DNA of 64,000 bases, from positions 1,541 through 65,540 of the forward strand of contig DCHR01000039.1 of the NCBI GenBank assembly GCA_002315375.1, written 5' to 3'. The position numbers were made by a program, and so were the translations under genes. The DNA comes from Treponema sp. UBA1747. GTDB taxonomy: Bacteria > Spirochaetota > Spirochaetia > Treponematales > Treponemataceae. Numbering within the stretch: position 1 is the stretch's first letter; each line of letters opens with the position of its first letter. The notes under the pieces are model-generated. The model was given only the letters and a program-made list of their open reading frames with translations. It did no database searches and was not told where the DNA came from. This document shows positions 46,929 through 57,269 of the stretch, one piece after another.

Positions 46929-49675
46929 TATTTAGCCTCCACTTTATAATCACGGGCAGGAACTTTAAGGCCGCCGGAAGTTGTAAAGTCTGTGTAGCCG
47001 AAGTTTACATAAACCTTAATTCCATTTTCGAAAGTAGTACAAGTAACAACATCAGAAAGATATTCGTGGTTATCAATTCTAGATCCTACTACTTTTCCAA
47101 GGCTGGCATTGTATTCAGAATACATCTGAGCAAGTCTTTCTTCCCAGTTATCATAGTTAGCTGCATAGTATTCAGAATAGAAAGTATCCTGCAGGGCTTT
47201 TTCCTGTGCTTTCATAAATGTGAATGAAAGACCTGCACCAGATTCAGCAGCTTCAAGAAGAGTCTGCTTGTTTTCTGGAGAAAGGTTGATAGGAATACCA
47301 GTAAAGTTTACGTTTCCATGAAGTGCAATCTGATAGAAAGGAACCGATTTGTCGATAAGTGCATATTCATTTCCGTGCATTACCATATTGGTAATGAAAT
47401 CGGCGGTTGAAAGAGAATAAGCATTACCGGCATTAACCATTACACCAAGCCCCTTTTCTTTTACACTCTCGAACTCAGCAACCTGCATATTTTTTGAAGC
47501 TGAACGGCTAACCTTGTTTCTTACGTTGTAATCAGAAGAAAGCTGATATCCATTGTCATGGAAAGAGATACCATCAATTCCTGTTTTAGCAACATCCTTA
47601 GTAAGTCTGTCAACAATTTTCTGGGTAAGAGAAGGTTTCAGAAGATAGTAAGTATCACGTGTATCAAGTTTTGCGTAGAATACAGGTGAGTATTCACTGA
47701 TTTCACATACTTCAGTACTTGCAAAACGTGCAGGATCCTTGAAGCGGTTGAAACCACCAGCAAATCCTGTTCTGTTTGAATACTGAACAGTTGCGTCCAG
47801 GTAAAGTTTAGATTCTTTATCCCCTACTTCTTTTGCAAGTTTATTGAAACCTGATTTACCACCAAGCTGACTGATATATTTTACCTTTTTCAGGAACTGC
47901 TGGCGAACACCACCATTAATAAATCCTGTCAGTTTGTAAGAAGTATTTTTAATACCCTTTTCTTCTATTCTGTTGATAATTTCAGATGTTTCTTTATATG
48001 AAGTAAGTTTGTAAGGTCTTGTTTTTGGAATACCAAGAACCTGCTGAACTTTATCTACGGCACCTACAATTTCAACTGCTACAGGAACATCTTTATCTTT
48101 TACTTCGTTCTTGTTTCCGAAAAGATAAGTTCTGTAAGCCTTAGCCATATCAACGTAAGAATTACCGTCTACGAAAGTATAAATCTGGTTGATTGATTCA
48201 CCTTTTGGAAGACCTTTTTCGTAAGCATACTGAGTGTTAATGTTTCTTGAAGAAGCTTCATACTGTTCTCCATGAATCATTTTATATTCAGCATAAGCGT
48301 AGTTATAAGAACTCATACGGCCTGAAATATCAGCATTGATACCGGCATATTCAGCTCCCTGATTGATAATTGAAATGAAGCTTGAATCTCCGTTTGAAAT
48401 ACCGAAAACAGGGAAAGCAGCACGAGTTTCTGTCATAACAGCTTTACGGTCTGTAGCATAGTCCCATCCGTAAATATCTGCGAAGTAACTGTTCTGTTTA
48501 GTTTTTCCATTATTGAAATTAATAATAGATCCGCCACCTTCTGGAATCAGCAGGAATCCGTTGTCTTCAAATCCACCTGCACCGAAGTAAGGAAGAATTG
48601 AAAGACGGATAATCGGGAAGTCAGTCTTGTAAGAGATTTTATCAAAAGGAACATCAACTATAAGATTATTTCCGTCAAGTTTATATGTAACTGAAACATT
48701 GAATCCAGGAACATTTTTAGCTTTGGCTCCTGCATACATTTCCAGGTCTTTCTGGAAATCTTCCATTGTGTATCCGGCTTTTTCGAAAATAGTCTGAGCT
48801 TTTTCTTTAAGGTAAACCTGAACGTTATCACGAATGAGGTAAATAGCTTCATCTTTCAGCATAGGGTAATCTTTCATCAGCTGATTTACGTCATCTGATG
48901 GAAGGAATGTACCGTCTTCAAGGCGACGGTAGTTAGATTTAACCGAACGCTGTTCAGATTTAGACATCTTTTCGAGCCATACATCCATGTCTTTTTCTGT
49001 AATTGCCATTGGATAAATGTAAACAGTTTCAATTTCACCAATAGAATAATTTACAGTAAGTTCATTTCCCTTCTGTTCGATTTCATAAACTTTCTTTTCA
49101 ATAGAAGAAGAATAAAAATCGTACAGTGTATCAACACCGTTTTCTGTTGAATACTTAAGCAGGAATGGAGACTGCATATTCTGGCGTTCTTTCAAAAGAG
49201 CAAGTTTATCATTCTTTGCGCCAACAGGATTTGAATACCAGACTTTTCCTGTATCTTTCTGAGTAATGGTAAATGTTGTTGTAAGAGGATCAAGTTCCAT
49301 CTTCAGTTTCTGGTTTTCCAGAACATAACTTGCAGGAGCTTTATCTGCTACAAAGTCATAGCGAACAACATTTGTAAGATTTACCGAAGATACATTTGCC
49401 AGTCTGATACCGAGGTAAGTAATGAATCCCACAATCAGCAGAACAACAACGAGTTCAACGTAATTCTTTGTTGTTGGTTTGTGGAAAATCTGTTTCTTTA
49501 CTTTCATTGGTTTTGGACGACCGATATAACCTTCCGGCATCTGCTTCTTGGCTTTCTTTGCCTTTGGAGCTTTAGGCTCTTTTGGGGCTTTAGGCTCTTT
49601 TGCAGGTTTTGGTTCCTTAACCTTTTTTTCTTTTATTTCTTTAACCTTTTTGGTTTTTGGTTCTTTAGTTTCCAT
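46928..49675 (-). CDS. Large membrane-anchored DUF5696-like protein
   Basis: K/P-rich N-terminal tail, one TM, then WYSNP, LPYFGA, LLIPEGGG, FPVFG, VPFYQIALHG, VYVNF; family named from memory and cluster context. Confidence 0.7.
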   Translation of the reverse strand: METKEPKTKKVKEIKEKKVKEPKPAKEPKAPKEPKAPKAKKAKKQMPEGYIGRPKPMKVKKQIFHKPTTKNYVELVVVLLIVGFITYLGIRLANVSSVNLTNVVRYDFVADKAPASYVLENQKLKMELDPLTTTFTITQKDTGKVWYSNPVGAKNDKLALLKERQNMQSPFLLKYSTENGVDTLYDFYSSSIEKKVYEIEQKGNELTVNYSIGEIETVYIYPMAITEKDMDVWLEKMSKSEQRSVKSNYRRLEDGTFLPSDDVNQLMKDYPMLKDEAIYLIRDNVQVYLKEKAQTIFEKAGYTMEDFQKDLEMYAGAKAKNVPGFNVSVTYKLDGNNLIVDVPFDKISYKTDFPIIRLSILPYFGAGGFEDNGFLLIPEGGGSIINFNNGKTKQNSYFADIYGWDYATDRKAVMTETRAAFPVFGISNGDSSFISIINQGAEYAGINADISGRMSSYNYAYAEYKMIHGEQYEASSRNINTQYAYEKGLPKGESINQIYTFVDGNSYVDMAKAYRTYLFGNKNEVKDKDVPVAVEIVGAVDKVQQVLGIPKTRPYKLTSYKETSEIINRIEEKGIKNTSYKLTGFINGGVRQQFLKKVKYISQLGGKSGFNKLAKEVGDKESKLYLDATVQYSNRTGFAGGFNRFKDPARFASTEVCEISEYSPVFYAKLDTRDTYYLLKPSLTQKIVDRLTKDVAKTGIDGISFHDNGYQLSSDYNVRNKVSRSASKNMQVAEFESVKEKGLGVMVNAGNAYSLSTADFITNMVMHGNEYALIDKSVPFYQIALHGNVNFTGIPINLSPENKQTLLEAAESGAGLSFTFMKAQEKALQDTFYSEYYAANYDNWEERLAQMYSEYNASLGKVVGSRIDNHEYLSDVVTCTTFENGIKVYVNFGYTDFTTSGGLKVPARDYKVEAK

Positions 49676-49695
49676 TAAGTTCTCCTAAAAGCTCA

Positions 49696-50373
49696 TCAGT
49701 TCAGTCGGAACATAATTTCTTTTGCGAGTGATACGAAGTAAGCAACACCCTGAGAAATCATACTGAAGAACAGCAGCATAATGAAAATGAAAACAAGCAT
49801 ACCAAATACAGTAATGATCATAAACAGGAGTGTTTTTCCTGCACTGTAAGCATGAATCATCATCATTGCCATATAAATCAACAACAAACACCACATAAGT
49901 GAAAGGTCGTTGAAAACTGTATAGAAAGCACCTTCTTCAACAGTAACAAAGTTACTGAGAATAATCATTGGAATCTGAATAAGTACATAAGGTGTCAATG
50001 CATAGGCTGTACCCATGTAGATTTCACCAAGACGACCTTTTCCGTCGAACAGTGTTGTAACACCCCAGTTACAGATACAGAAAATAACCAGAGGAAGAAG
50101 AATTGTAGCAAACTCAAGGAAGATATTTACTTTCTGCCACTGATTATCCAGGAAAAGCATTCCTGTAAAACGAAGTTTCCAAATGTGTGTAAGCAAAGTT
50201 GCAAATACGATGAAGTTTGCTGCACCATAGGAACCGCGTTTTGCGTGTGTAAGATCCCAGAATCCGTCTGCCGGATGGAAAATTACATAAAGAGAATACT
50301 TAAGTGTATTAAGGAAATGCAGATAAGTTTCTTTCTTTGCTAATTTCTCAAATTTCTTTGTTATATAACTCAT
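49696..50373 (-). CDS. Yip1-family membrane protein
   Basis: YVIFHPADGFWDL, about 5 TM segments; ATGA overlap with the upstream gene. Confidence 0.75.
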   Translation of the reverse strand: MSYITKKFEKLAKKETYLHFLNTLKYSLYVIFHPADGFWDLTHAKRGSYGAANFIVFATLLTHIWKLRFTGMLFLDNQWQKVNIFLEFATILLPLVIFCICNWGVTTLFDGKGRLGEIYMGTAYALTPYVLIQIPMIILSNFVTVEEGAFYTVFNDLSLMWCLLLIYMAMMMIHAYSAGKTLLFMIITVFGMLVFIFIMLLFFSMISQGVAYFVSLAKEIMFRLN

Positions 50374-51866
50374 AGATCTGCCATCTCCCATTTAATTCTT
50401 TTTACGATAACTGAAACAAGCCAGATAACAACAACAGCGATTAACAGTCCCATAATCCAGCCGATATTTGTTTCAATCCATTCTTTTCTGAAGTACTGGA
50501 ATGCTTTTGAATAGTTTTTCTTATCACGTTTAAGTCCGAAAGCATCCATTGCATCATGGTATTTTTCCTGACGCATGTAAGCTTTACCCATTCCGATATA
50601 AGCCAGGTCATATGTACCATTGATTTTCAGAACTTCTTCCCAGATTCTTGCGGCTTCATCGTATTCACCTTCTGCATACATTTCTGTTGCATCGTAAACA
50701 AGATTACCCAAATCTGTTGGTGCGAAAACGGTCAGAGAACAACCCTGTGAGTCAAGAACAAAAAGGTCTCTTCCACTATGTTCAATGGCTGATGGAGATC
50801 TGAAGTATCCCTGAATATTACCTTTATTACCGAAGGCAAAGAGCAGATATCCCTGGTTGTTGTATCCGAAAAGACGTCCACGAGTTTCATCGATTACAAC
50901 GTATACTTCATTTTCAAGAACTGTAACGTCGCTGAAACGAGCAGGTCCTTTGATACCGGCAGCGTTACCCCACATAAGGTCACCGATTGGCAGGTTACCA
51001 CCATTACTTCCGATACCATTTTTTACCAGAATGTCTTTTCCAAGTGCATTCAGGCGGCGGATTGGTTTTGCTTTGTCTGAACGAAGTTCCCATTCACTGA
51101 AGGTTCTCAATACTGCAAAAATGAATCCTGACGAATCAATATATGCGTTTGAGTATTCTGTTGGAACAAACTGTTCCATCTGTTCTCGCTGTGCACGTGT
51201 AGAGAATTTCTTCCAGAAAAGGTCAGCCAGGTTGTAAGTTACTTCACTGGCACCATAGAAAGCTGTGAATGTTCCGTCGTATTCGTATTTGATGAAACCT
51301 TTGTTTACGTTTTTAGCAAGAACATAAGCACGGCCTTTAACGTCTGTTACGACTTTAACCGGCATAAATGTCTTTCCTTTTTCGTATGTAGGATCATCTG
51401 GTTCTACAAAAGAAAGAATATAATTCAAATCTTTATCAAGCTTTACAACACGGCTGTTGTTTGTATCAGCAATGAAAATTGTTTCATCTGTAGGATTGAT
51501 GTAAAGGTCATTTGGAGAACTAAAGGTTTCTACCACATCCTGACCATTAGCATAAAATCTGTCGATGATACGGGTAAATTCCAGTGTTTTATCAGCTGTA
51601 TAACGAAGTTCAATAATTCTGTTGTTATCAGTATCGATGATGAATACGCGATCCTGATAGCAGAACAAACCAGACGGATTTTTCAATGCAACTTCAAGAC
51701 CAAGGTCTGAAGCATAAAATACGCTTGAAACACGATACATATCAGGAGATTTTTCAATTTCTCCCCAATAGTCATAAATATAACTGTCACCTTTTGCAAA
51801 AAGACCTGCACAGATGAACAATGTTGAAATTACAAATAATGCAATACGTTTCTTCATTTTTCTCAT
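50370..51866 (-). CDS. NHL-repeat (beta-propeller) protein with TPR and C-terminal TM
   Basis: LKNPSGL..IIDTDNNRI, FSSPNDL..IADTNNSRV, FRSPSAI; WEEVLKIN..AYIGMGKAY. Confidence 0.85.
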   Translation of the reverse strand: MRKMKKRIALFVISTLFICAGLFAKGDSYIYDYWGEIEKSPDMYRVSSVFYASDLGLEVALKNPSGLFCYQDRVFIIDTDNNRIIELRYTADKTLEFTRIIDRFYANGQDVVETFSSPNDLYINPTDETIFIADTNNSRVVKLDKDLNYILSFVEPDDPTYEKGKTFMPVKVVTDVKGRAYVLAKNVNKGFIKYEYDGTFTAFYGASEVTYNLADLFWKKFSTRAQREQMEQFVPTEYSNAYIDSSGFIFAVLRTFSEWELRSDKAKPIRRLNALGKDILVKNGIGSNGGNLPIGDLMWGNAAGIKGPARFSDVTVLENEVYVVIDETRGRLFGYNNQGYLLFAFGNKGNIQGYFRSPSAIEHSGRDLFVLDSQGCSLTVFAPTDLGNLVYDATEMYAEGEYDEAARIWEEVLKINGTYDLAYIGMGKAYMRQEKYHDAMDAFGLKRDKKNYSKAFQYFRKEWIETNIGWIMGLLIAVVVIWLVSVIVKRIKWEMADL

Positions 51867-51875
51867 CCTCCTGCC

Positions 51876-52796
51876 TTAGTCTTTAAGTCCCGATGTTGCC
51901 ATTGTTTCCATGATCTGACTCTGTGAGAAGATGAACAATGCAATTGGTGGGATAATCATAACAACCATTACGGCTGCTGCTGGACCCATACGTGCAATAC
52001 CACCGGCCTGAACCTGGTTCAAAGCGTAGGCAAGCATTTTTTTACTTTCTGTGTAAATAACGTTTGTAGCCCAGCTGTTCCACAATGCATTTACAGAGAA
52101 GATTGTCATTGTAAGCCATGCAGGTTTTACATTAGGCATAACCAGTCTCATGAAAATTGTCCATTCATGAGCACCGTCAATCTTTGCAGCTTCAATAATT
52201 GAAGTTGGGAATCCTTCCATGAACTGTTTCATAAGGAACATTGAAGTAGATGCTGCAAAAGCAGGCAGAATCAATGACCAGTAAGTATCAACCATATGAA
52301 GGCGACACATAATCAAATAGTTAGGAATAGCTGTAACCCAACCGGTAAACATCATTCCTTTAACAACCATATTGAATAACAGTCTTGAACCCGGGAATGC
52401 ATATTTAGCCAGTGCATAAGCAGCCATTGATCCGATCAGAATATGTCCTACTGTACCAACAACAGTAACAAACAGTGTATTGAACAGATATCTTGAGAAC
52501 GGTACAGAGAAAGTACTCATTACTACAAACAAATCTGAGAAGTTGTCTGTTGTAGGGTTACGTGGAAGCACATCCGGAGGGAACTTCAAAAGTTCATCCA
52601 ATGGTTTGAATGCGTTTGCAACAGTAAAGAACAGAGGGAAAACGAATGTAAGTCCCAAAAGTCCGATAAAAATGTAAAGCAGAACGTCACCGGTTACGGA
52701 GCGGTTTGGACGACGGCGATGTTTATAGTGGTGAATATCATGTTCACCATAAGGTCTGTATTTATTTTTCATTTCCTGCGCCTCCCTACTGTCCAA
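51876..52796 (-). CDS. Carbohydrate ABC permease (MalG-like)
   Basis: SIIEAAKIDGA, AAYALAK, PNVKPA. Confidence 0.93.
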   Translation of the reverse strand: MDSREAQEMKNKYRPYGEHDIHHYKHRRRPNRSVTGDVLLYIFIGLLGLTFVFPLFFTVANAFKPLDELLKFPPDVLPRNPTTDNFSDLFVVMSTFSVPFSRYLFNTLFVTVVGTVGHILIGSMAAYALAKYAFPGSRLLFNMVVKGMMFTGWVTAIPNYLIMCRLHMVDTYWSLILPAFAASTSMFLMKQFMEGFPTSIIEAAKIDGAHEWTIFMRLVMPNVKPAWLTMTIFSVNALWNSWATNVIYTESKKMLAYALNQVQAGGIARMGPAAAVMVVMIIPPIALFIFSQSQIMETMATSGLKD

Positions 52797-53724
52797 CTCT
52801 GCTCAAAAGAGACTGAATTACCTTATTACAAAGGAGCATTACGATAAACAGCAAAGCTGCAATTGCAGAAGCGTAACCCATTTCAAAACGCTGATAACCA
52901 TAGTCGAACAAGTGAGTAAGAACTGTACGTGCGTAATAGTCTGTAGATGGATAACCTGCAAGAGCACGTGGAATATCACCAACAGAGAAAGCAGAAGTAA
53001 TAGACATAACAGCTCCGAACAGAAGCATAGGTTTCATGTTTGGAAGTGTAATGTACCACAATTCCTGCCAGCGGTTCTGGATACCATCAATATATCCGGC
53101 TTCGTACTGAGACTGTTCAATACCTTTAAGACCGGCTACGAAAGAAAGGAATCCGGCACCCATACTAGCCCACAGACAGATTGGAATGATGATTTTCAAA
53201 CCAACTGTAGGATTTGTAAAGAATGAAAGTGGTGTTGTAATTAATCCCAGACGAATAAGGATTGCATTAACCCAACCCTGAGAGTCATCACGGAAGAGAA
53301 TTGCGAAAATACCGATAGCAGAACCTGCAATAGAAGGTGCATAGAAGAAAAGAACGAAAATAGAACGAAGCCATTTTGGAAGTTCGTTAATCAACCATGC
53401 AACAACGAAAGCAAGAATGTATCCTACCGGACCAATGATAAGAGCCATAAGGAATGTATTCTTAATGGCGATTGTATTTACTTCATCCTGAAGGAACAGA
53501 TTCAGATAGTTTCTGATACCAATCCATTCCGGTTTTTCCAGAATATTAAAGTTTGTGAAACTGTAATAAACAGAAGTCAGAATAGGAAGAATTGTAAAAG
53601 TAATGAAGAGAATTGCAAATGGAGCCACGAATGCATAACAGAATTTCATCTGTTTTGCATGACGGATTCCATCATGGAACTGCATCTTCTTTTTATTGAT
53701 TAATTTATTGAATTTTTCACTCAT
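52786..53724 (-). CDS. Carbohydrate ABC permease (MalF-like)
   Basis: WIGIRNY, QYEAGYIDG, FEMGYASAIA; start reassigned to MSEKFNK. Confidence 0.93.
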   Translation of the reverse strand: MSEKFNKLINKKKMQFHDGIRHAKQMKFCYAFVAPFAILFITFTILPILTSVYYSFTNFNILEKPEWIGIRNYLNLFLQDEVNTIAIKNTFLMALIIGPVGYILAFVVAWLINELPKWLRSIFVLFFYAPSIAGSAIGIFAILFRDDSQGWVNAILIRLGLITTPLSFFTNPTVGLKIIIPICLWASMGAGFLSFVAGLKGIEQSQYEAGYIDGIQNRWQELWYITLPNMKPMLLFGAVMSITSAFSVGDIPRALAGYPSTDYYARTVLTHLFDYGYQRFEMGYASAIAALLFIVMLLCNKVIQSLLSRVGQ

Positions 53725-53728
53725 TTTT

Positions 53729-56700
53729 CTATTCCTCCACCGGCAGGTTGAATTCCTGACGTTTACGGGTAAGCTCATCATTGATTTTGCGTGCATAGTC
53801 AATGAGAGTTTCACGAGGATCTTCTTTAGAGTTGATAACCTTACGGATACCGTTGATTACATGGCGTGATGTATAGTAAGAACCAGGAACTTCAGGAACT
53901 CCGACTGTATCTTCCAATGAACCAAGAAGAACATTCAGCTGTTTTGAACTCCATGAAAGCTGTTTAAGTGCTTCGATGTTAGCAGTTGTGTAACGTCCTG
54001 ATGCACCAAGGATAGCTTCCATTTCACGTCCGAAACGAACCTGAGTATCTGATGATACCCACCATTTCATGAATTCCCATGAATCAGCCTGACGCTGAAT
54101 ATTTCTGAGAACTTTCTTATTTCTGTCTTTAAGAAGTTCAGCCTTATCTTCTTCAGAACTATCTCCGTAGAAGGTGTTCAAAGCTTCAGTTGTAACGAAG
54201 TCTGTACTACCCTTACTGATCATCATACAACACATACCGCCAACACCGGTTGAACGGTCAATGTATGTATTTCCATTTCCATCAACCTTTTCAGTTCCAG
54301 GAAGATATGTGAATTCCCAGAGACCGCGGATTTCAGGAGCAGCAACTGCCAGTGTGTTGTACAGAGAGTAGTTTGCAATACCGATTGGCATTTCACCTGA
54401 ACGGAAACGGCTTGTAAAGTCGTAGATTGTAGGAAGGTTGTAGCTGTTGTAGAAACTTGTGTATGTCTTGAAGGCTGCAATACCAGCTTCCGAGTCAATT
54501 TCAGTTTTTGTACCCTTATCATTGTAGATACGGCCTTCATTCTGGAAAATCATAGAATAGAAAGCGGTCATATCAGGAGCCTGAATACTTGGGTAAGGAA
54601 TACCTACTTCAAGGTTATTTCCCTGGAGAGTTGGGAGAATAGCGATGAGGTCATCCCATGTCTGAGGAGGTTCAACACCAAGCTGTTCGAGAATATCTTT
54701 TCTGTAGAACATAAGGTTGAAGGTTTCCTGTTCAGGAAGAGCATAAACACCACCATCATACTTGTATCCTTCGTATGCTGAAGGATGGAACTGTGAAAGA
54801 ACTTCTTCACAGTCAGGGAACTTCATCAGGTTTACGTTGGCATTACGCAGTGCGTAGTCAACTGGAAGTGTGTTACCGATTGTAAGAACAACATCAGGAC
54901 CGTTTCCGGCAACAACGGCATTCAGAAGAGCATCCGCATTAATAAGTTTAACGTTTGCATGAATACCTGACATAGGAATGAAGCTGTCATCGACCATTGT
55001 CTTAAGAATTTCTGACTGATCACGACCTGTTGTAACCCAAACTTCAATAAGATGTTCATCATCTTTGTCATAAACGTCACCAAGCTGTGTCGTATCAACA
55101 AAGAATGAAATAAAGAATGAACGGATTTCGTGTACAAACTTCAGAACAAAGTTTGATTTAGGAGTTTTTGGAACAGCTCCTGCTCCTGTAACAACAAGGT
55201 AGTCAATATCCAGTTTTCCTTCTGTAAGAGTAAGAAGTGAAGAACCGAGAGAAGTAATATTTGCCTTGAATGTAGCAAAGTCTTCTGTAATCTTGTTTGG
55301 ATGTTTATAGAAACGTTCAAGCTGAACTGCGAGAGTCTGTGCAGAAGCAATAAGGTCAGATTTCTGTCCAGTAATTTCAACGAAGTCATCAACCATCTTG
55401 TAAAGACGTTTTGATTCGATATTCATTGCTTCAACTTCTTCAGGATATACCTTATGGATTTCGTAATCACGATACTGGTCAGGATAAGCACCTGTCAGAA
55501 CCAGGATTGTACGGTAAATCTTGTTCAGACGGAAAACAGAATCTTCAAGATCACTGATGATGTCACCCATTTTTCCAAGAGTAACTTCAAGACGAACTTT
55601 ATGTTCACCTTTTGTCAGGTAGAACTGATATGGTTCTTTTGTTTCCGGATTAGAAGGAGTAACAAGTTTCCAGTCAGAAGAGTAACCGAATTCAACTGAA
55701 CTTGCTTCAGCAAAAGGAGTAGCTCCATCAATACTGAGAGTACGGGTTGAAACATAACCACGCTGGTAAAGCTGGCGGCCTTCTACAGAAATCTGATAGA
55801 ATCCGTCTTCCGGAATATCCATAGTCCATTCAATCCACTGTCCTGGTGTTTTCCAGGCTTCACTACCAATGTAGTTGAAGGTTGTTTTGGCAATATTATA
55901 TGGCTGTGTAATAGGAGAAGAACGATCATAACGGGCAAAAAGAGATGGTTCTGAACGCAGAGTAGAAGATTCACCCTGAATGATGATAGGTTCCATATCT
56001 TTATTGTCTTTTGAAGGTTTATTCTTGAAAGAAGCAAGGTAAGTTGCATAATCAACAACCTTTTCAACTTTTTTCAATGTTACAGCTGAGAAAACCATTG
56101 GTTCATTGGTTGCTTCAAGAGTGATTGTATTGAATCCTTTTACGAAATAGAACTTATAAGGTTCGATTTCATATCCGGAATCGCTCTTTGCAAGAACAGA
56201 CTGCCACTGAAATACTTCTTTCTGTGAAGGGCGAATCTGACGACCCTGGTTATCAGTACGGATTTCACCGGCATCTTTCCAGAGGCGGCGGAAAGAAACA
56301 ATATCAGCACCTGTGAAAGGTATTTCACCATTGATTTTAATGATTCTTTCCATGTTTACATTGCGGGATGGAACTGCAATGTAATCGAATTGAAGGTTAT
56401 AAAAGCCTTCCTCAGCAACATAGACATTCCATGTAACTGAAGAACCGTCATCTGTTACAAGTGCGCGGTCAACGCCTTTGTAACCTGTCTCAATCCGTAC
56501 TCCGGCTTGTCCCGCATCATCATAGTTGAAAATATCAACAGGGATATCCTGGGCAGGATACCGTGCAGCATGTGATGAAAGATACCCTTTGTAGGTATTT
56601 TCACGGACAATACTGCTTGATGAAGCAGACAGATCAAAACCTTCATACTTTTCGCGGAAATTCGTGTTGCCTCGAAGCCCCAGAGCAATACCAATTACTG

Positions 56701-56746
56701 CAAGAACCGCAACTACGATGATTGTGATACGTAAAGTTTTGTTCAT
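53729..56746 (-). CDS. 1005-aa solute-binding protein with N-terminal CBM-like beta-sandwich domains
   Basis: N-terminal TM; repeated W.V.V.E.G.Y.L and F.L.KG.(N/H)..L motifs; C-terminal SBP fold (LMFYRKDIL, PPQTWDDL, FRSGEMP, WEFMKWW). Confidence 0.85.
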   Translation of the reverse strand: MNKTLRITIIVVAVLAVIGIALGLRGNTNFREKYEGFDLSASSSSIVRENTYKGYLSSHAARYPAQDIPVDIFNYDDAGQAGVRIETGYKGVDRALVTDDGSSVTWNVYVAEEGFYNLQFDYIAVPSRNVNMERIIKINGEIPFTGADIVSFRRLWKDAGEIRTDNQGRQIRPSQKEVFQWQSVLAKSDSGYEIEPYKFYFVKGFNTITLEATNEPMVFSAVTLKKVEKVVDYATYLASFKNKPSKDNKDMEPIIIQGESSTLRSEPSLFARYDRSSPITQPYNIAKTTFNYIGSEAWKTPGQWIEWTMDIPEDGFYQISVEGRQLYQRGYVSTRTLSIDGATPFAEASSVEFGYSSDWKLVTPSNPETKEPYQFYLTKGEHKVRLEVTLGKMGDIISDLEDSVFRLNKIYRTILVLTGAYPDQYRDYEIHKVYPEEVEAMNIESKRLYKMVDDFVEITGQKSDLIASAQTLAVQLERFYKHPNKITEDFATFKANITSLGSSLLTLTEGKLDIDYLVVTGAGAVPKTPKSNFVLKFVHEIRSFFISFFVDTTQLGDVYDKDDEHLIEVWVTTGRDQSEILKTMVDDSFIPMSGIHANVKLINADALLNAVVAGNGPDVVLTIGNTLPVDYALRNANVNLMKFPDCEEVLSQFHPSAYEGYKYDGGVYALPEQETFNLMFYRKDILEQLGVEPPQTWDDLIAILPTLQGNNLEVGIPYPSIQAPDMTAFYSMIFQNEGRIYNDKGTKTEIDSEAGIAAFKTYTSFYNSYNLPTIYDFTSRFRSGEMPIGIANYSLYNTLAVAAPEIRGLWEFTYLPGTEKVDGNGNTYIDRSTGVGGMCCMMISKGSTDFVTTEALNTFYGDSSEEDKAELLKDRNKKVLRNIQRQADSWEFMKWWVSSDTQVRFGREMEAILGASGRYTTANIEALKQLSWSSKQLNVLLGSLEDTVGVPEVPGSYYTSRHVINGIRKVINSKEDPRETLIDYARKINDELTRKRQEFNLPVEE

Positions 56747-56923
56747 TGTTTTTCCTATATAGACCTTTTAAAGCCTATTATTTGTACATTCTAACATATT
56801 ACACTATAAACCGCTCAATTGCATAGACACTAAGACCCGATATTTCAAAAAAAAAGCTAATAAATAATGAACATTTTAACTTTTCTAAGTAAAAAAATAA
56901 GAAAGCATATAATAGAAATAAAC

Positions 56924-56952
56924 TTGAAAAATGGGTGATTGTCACCTATAAT
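56924..56952 (+). promoter_or_regulatory. sigma70 promoter
   Basis: TTGAAA-17-TATAAT. Confidence 0.7.
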
Positions 56953-56985
56953 GAAATTAATAAATTTAATATACGGAGTTCTTCC

Positions 56986-57192
56986 ATGCAGAAAAAAATA
57001 TATGTTGTAGGTATGTTCGATGACGGAACAGCATCAAAAGTACAGACCGCCGTTTCAGCAGTTGCAGGTGTAACAAATGTTGTTGCAAATGTTGACAAAT
57101 CACAAGTTCTTGTTGATTTTGATGAAGGAGCCGGTGTGGAAGACGCAATTAACGCTGCCATTTCTGGTGCAGGAGTTGATGTTATAGGATAA
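56986..57192 (+). CDS. HMA/CopZ-fold small protein lacking CxxC
   Basis: MQKKIYVVGMFDDGTASKV..VAGVTNVVANV..V.FD..AISGAGVDV follows the CopZ pattern. Confidence 0.75.
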   Translation: MQKKIYVVGMFDDGTASKVQTAVSAVAGVTNVVANVDKSQVLVDFDEGAGVEDAINAAISGAGVDVIG

Positions 57193-57269
57193 TATTTACC
57201 CGACATAAATGCCTGTATGGAAATACAGGTTCTCCACTTTATTTAATAAACAATATTTAAAAATAAATT

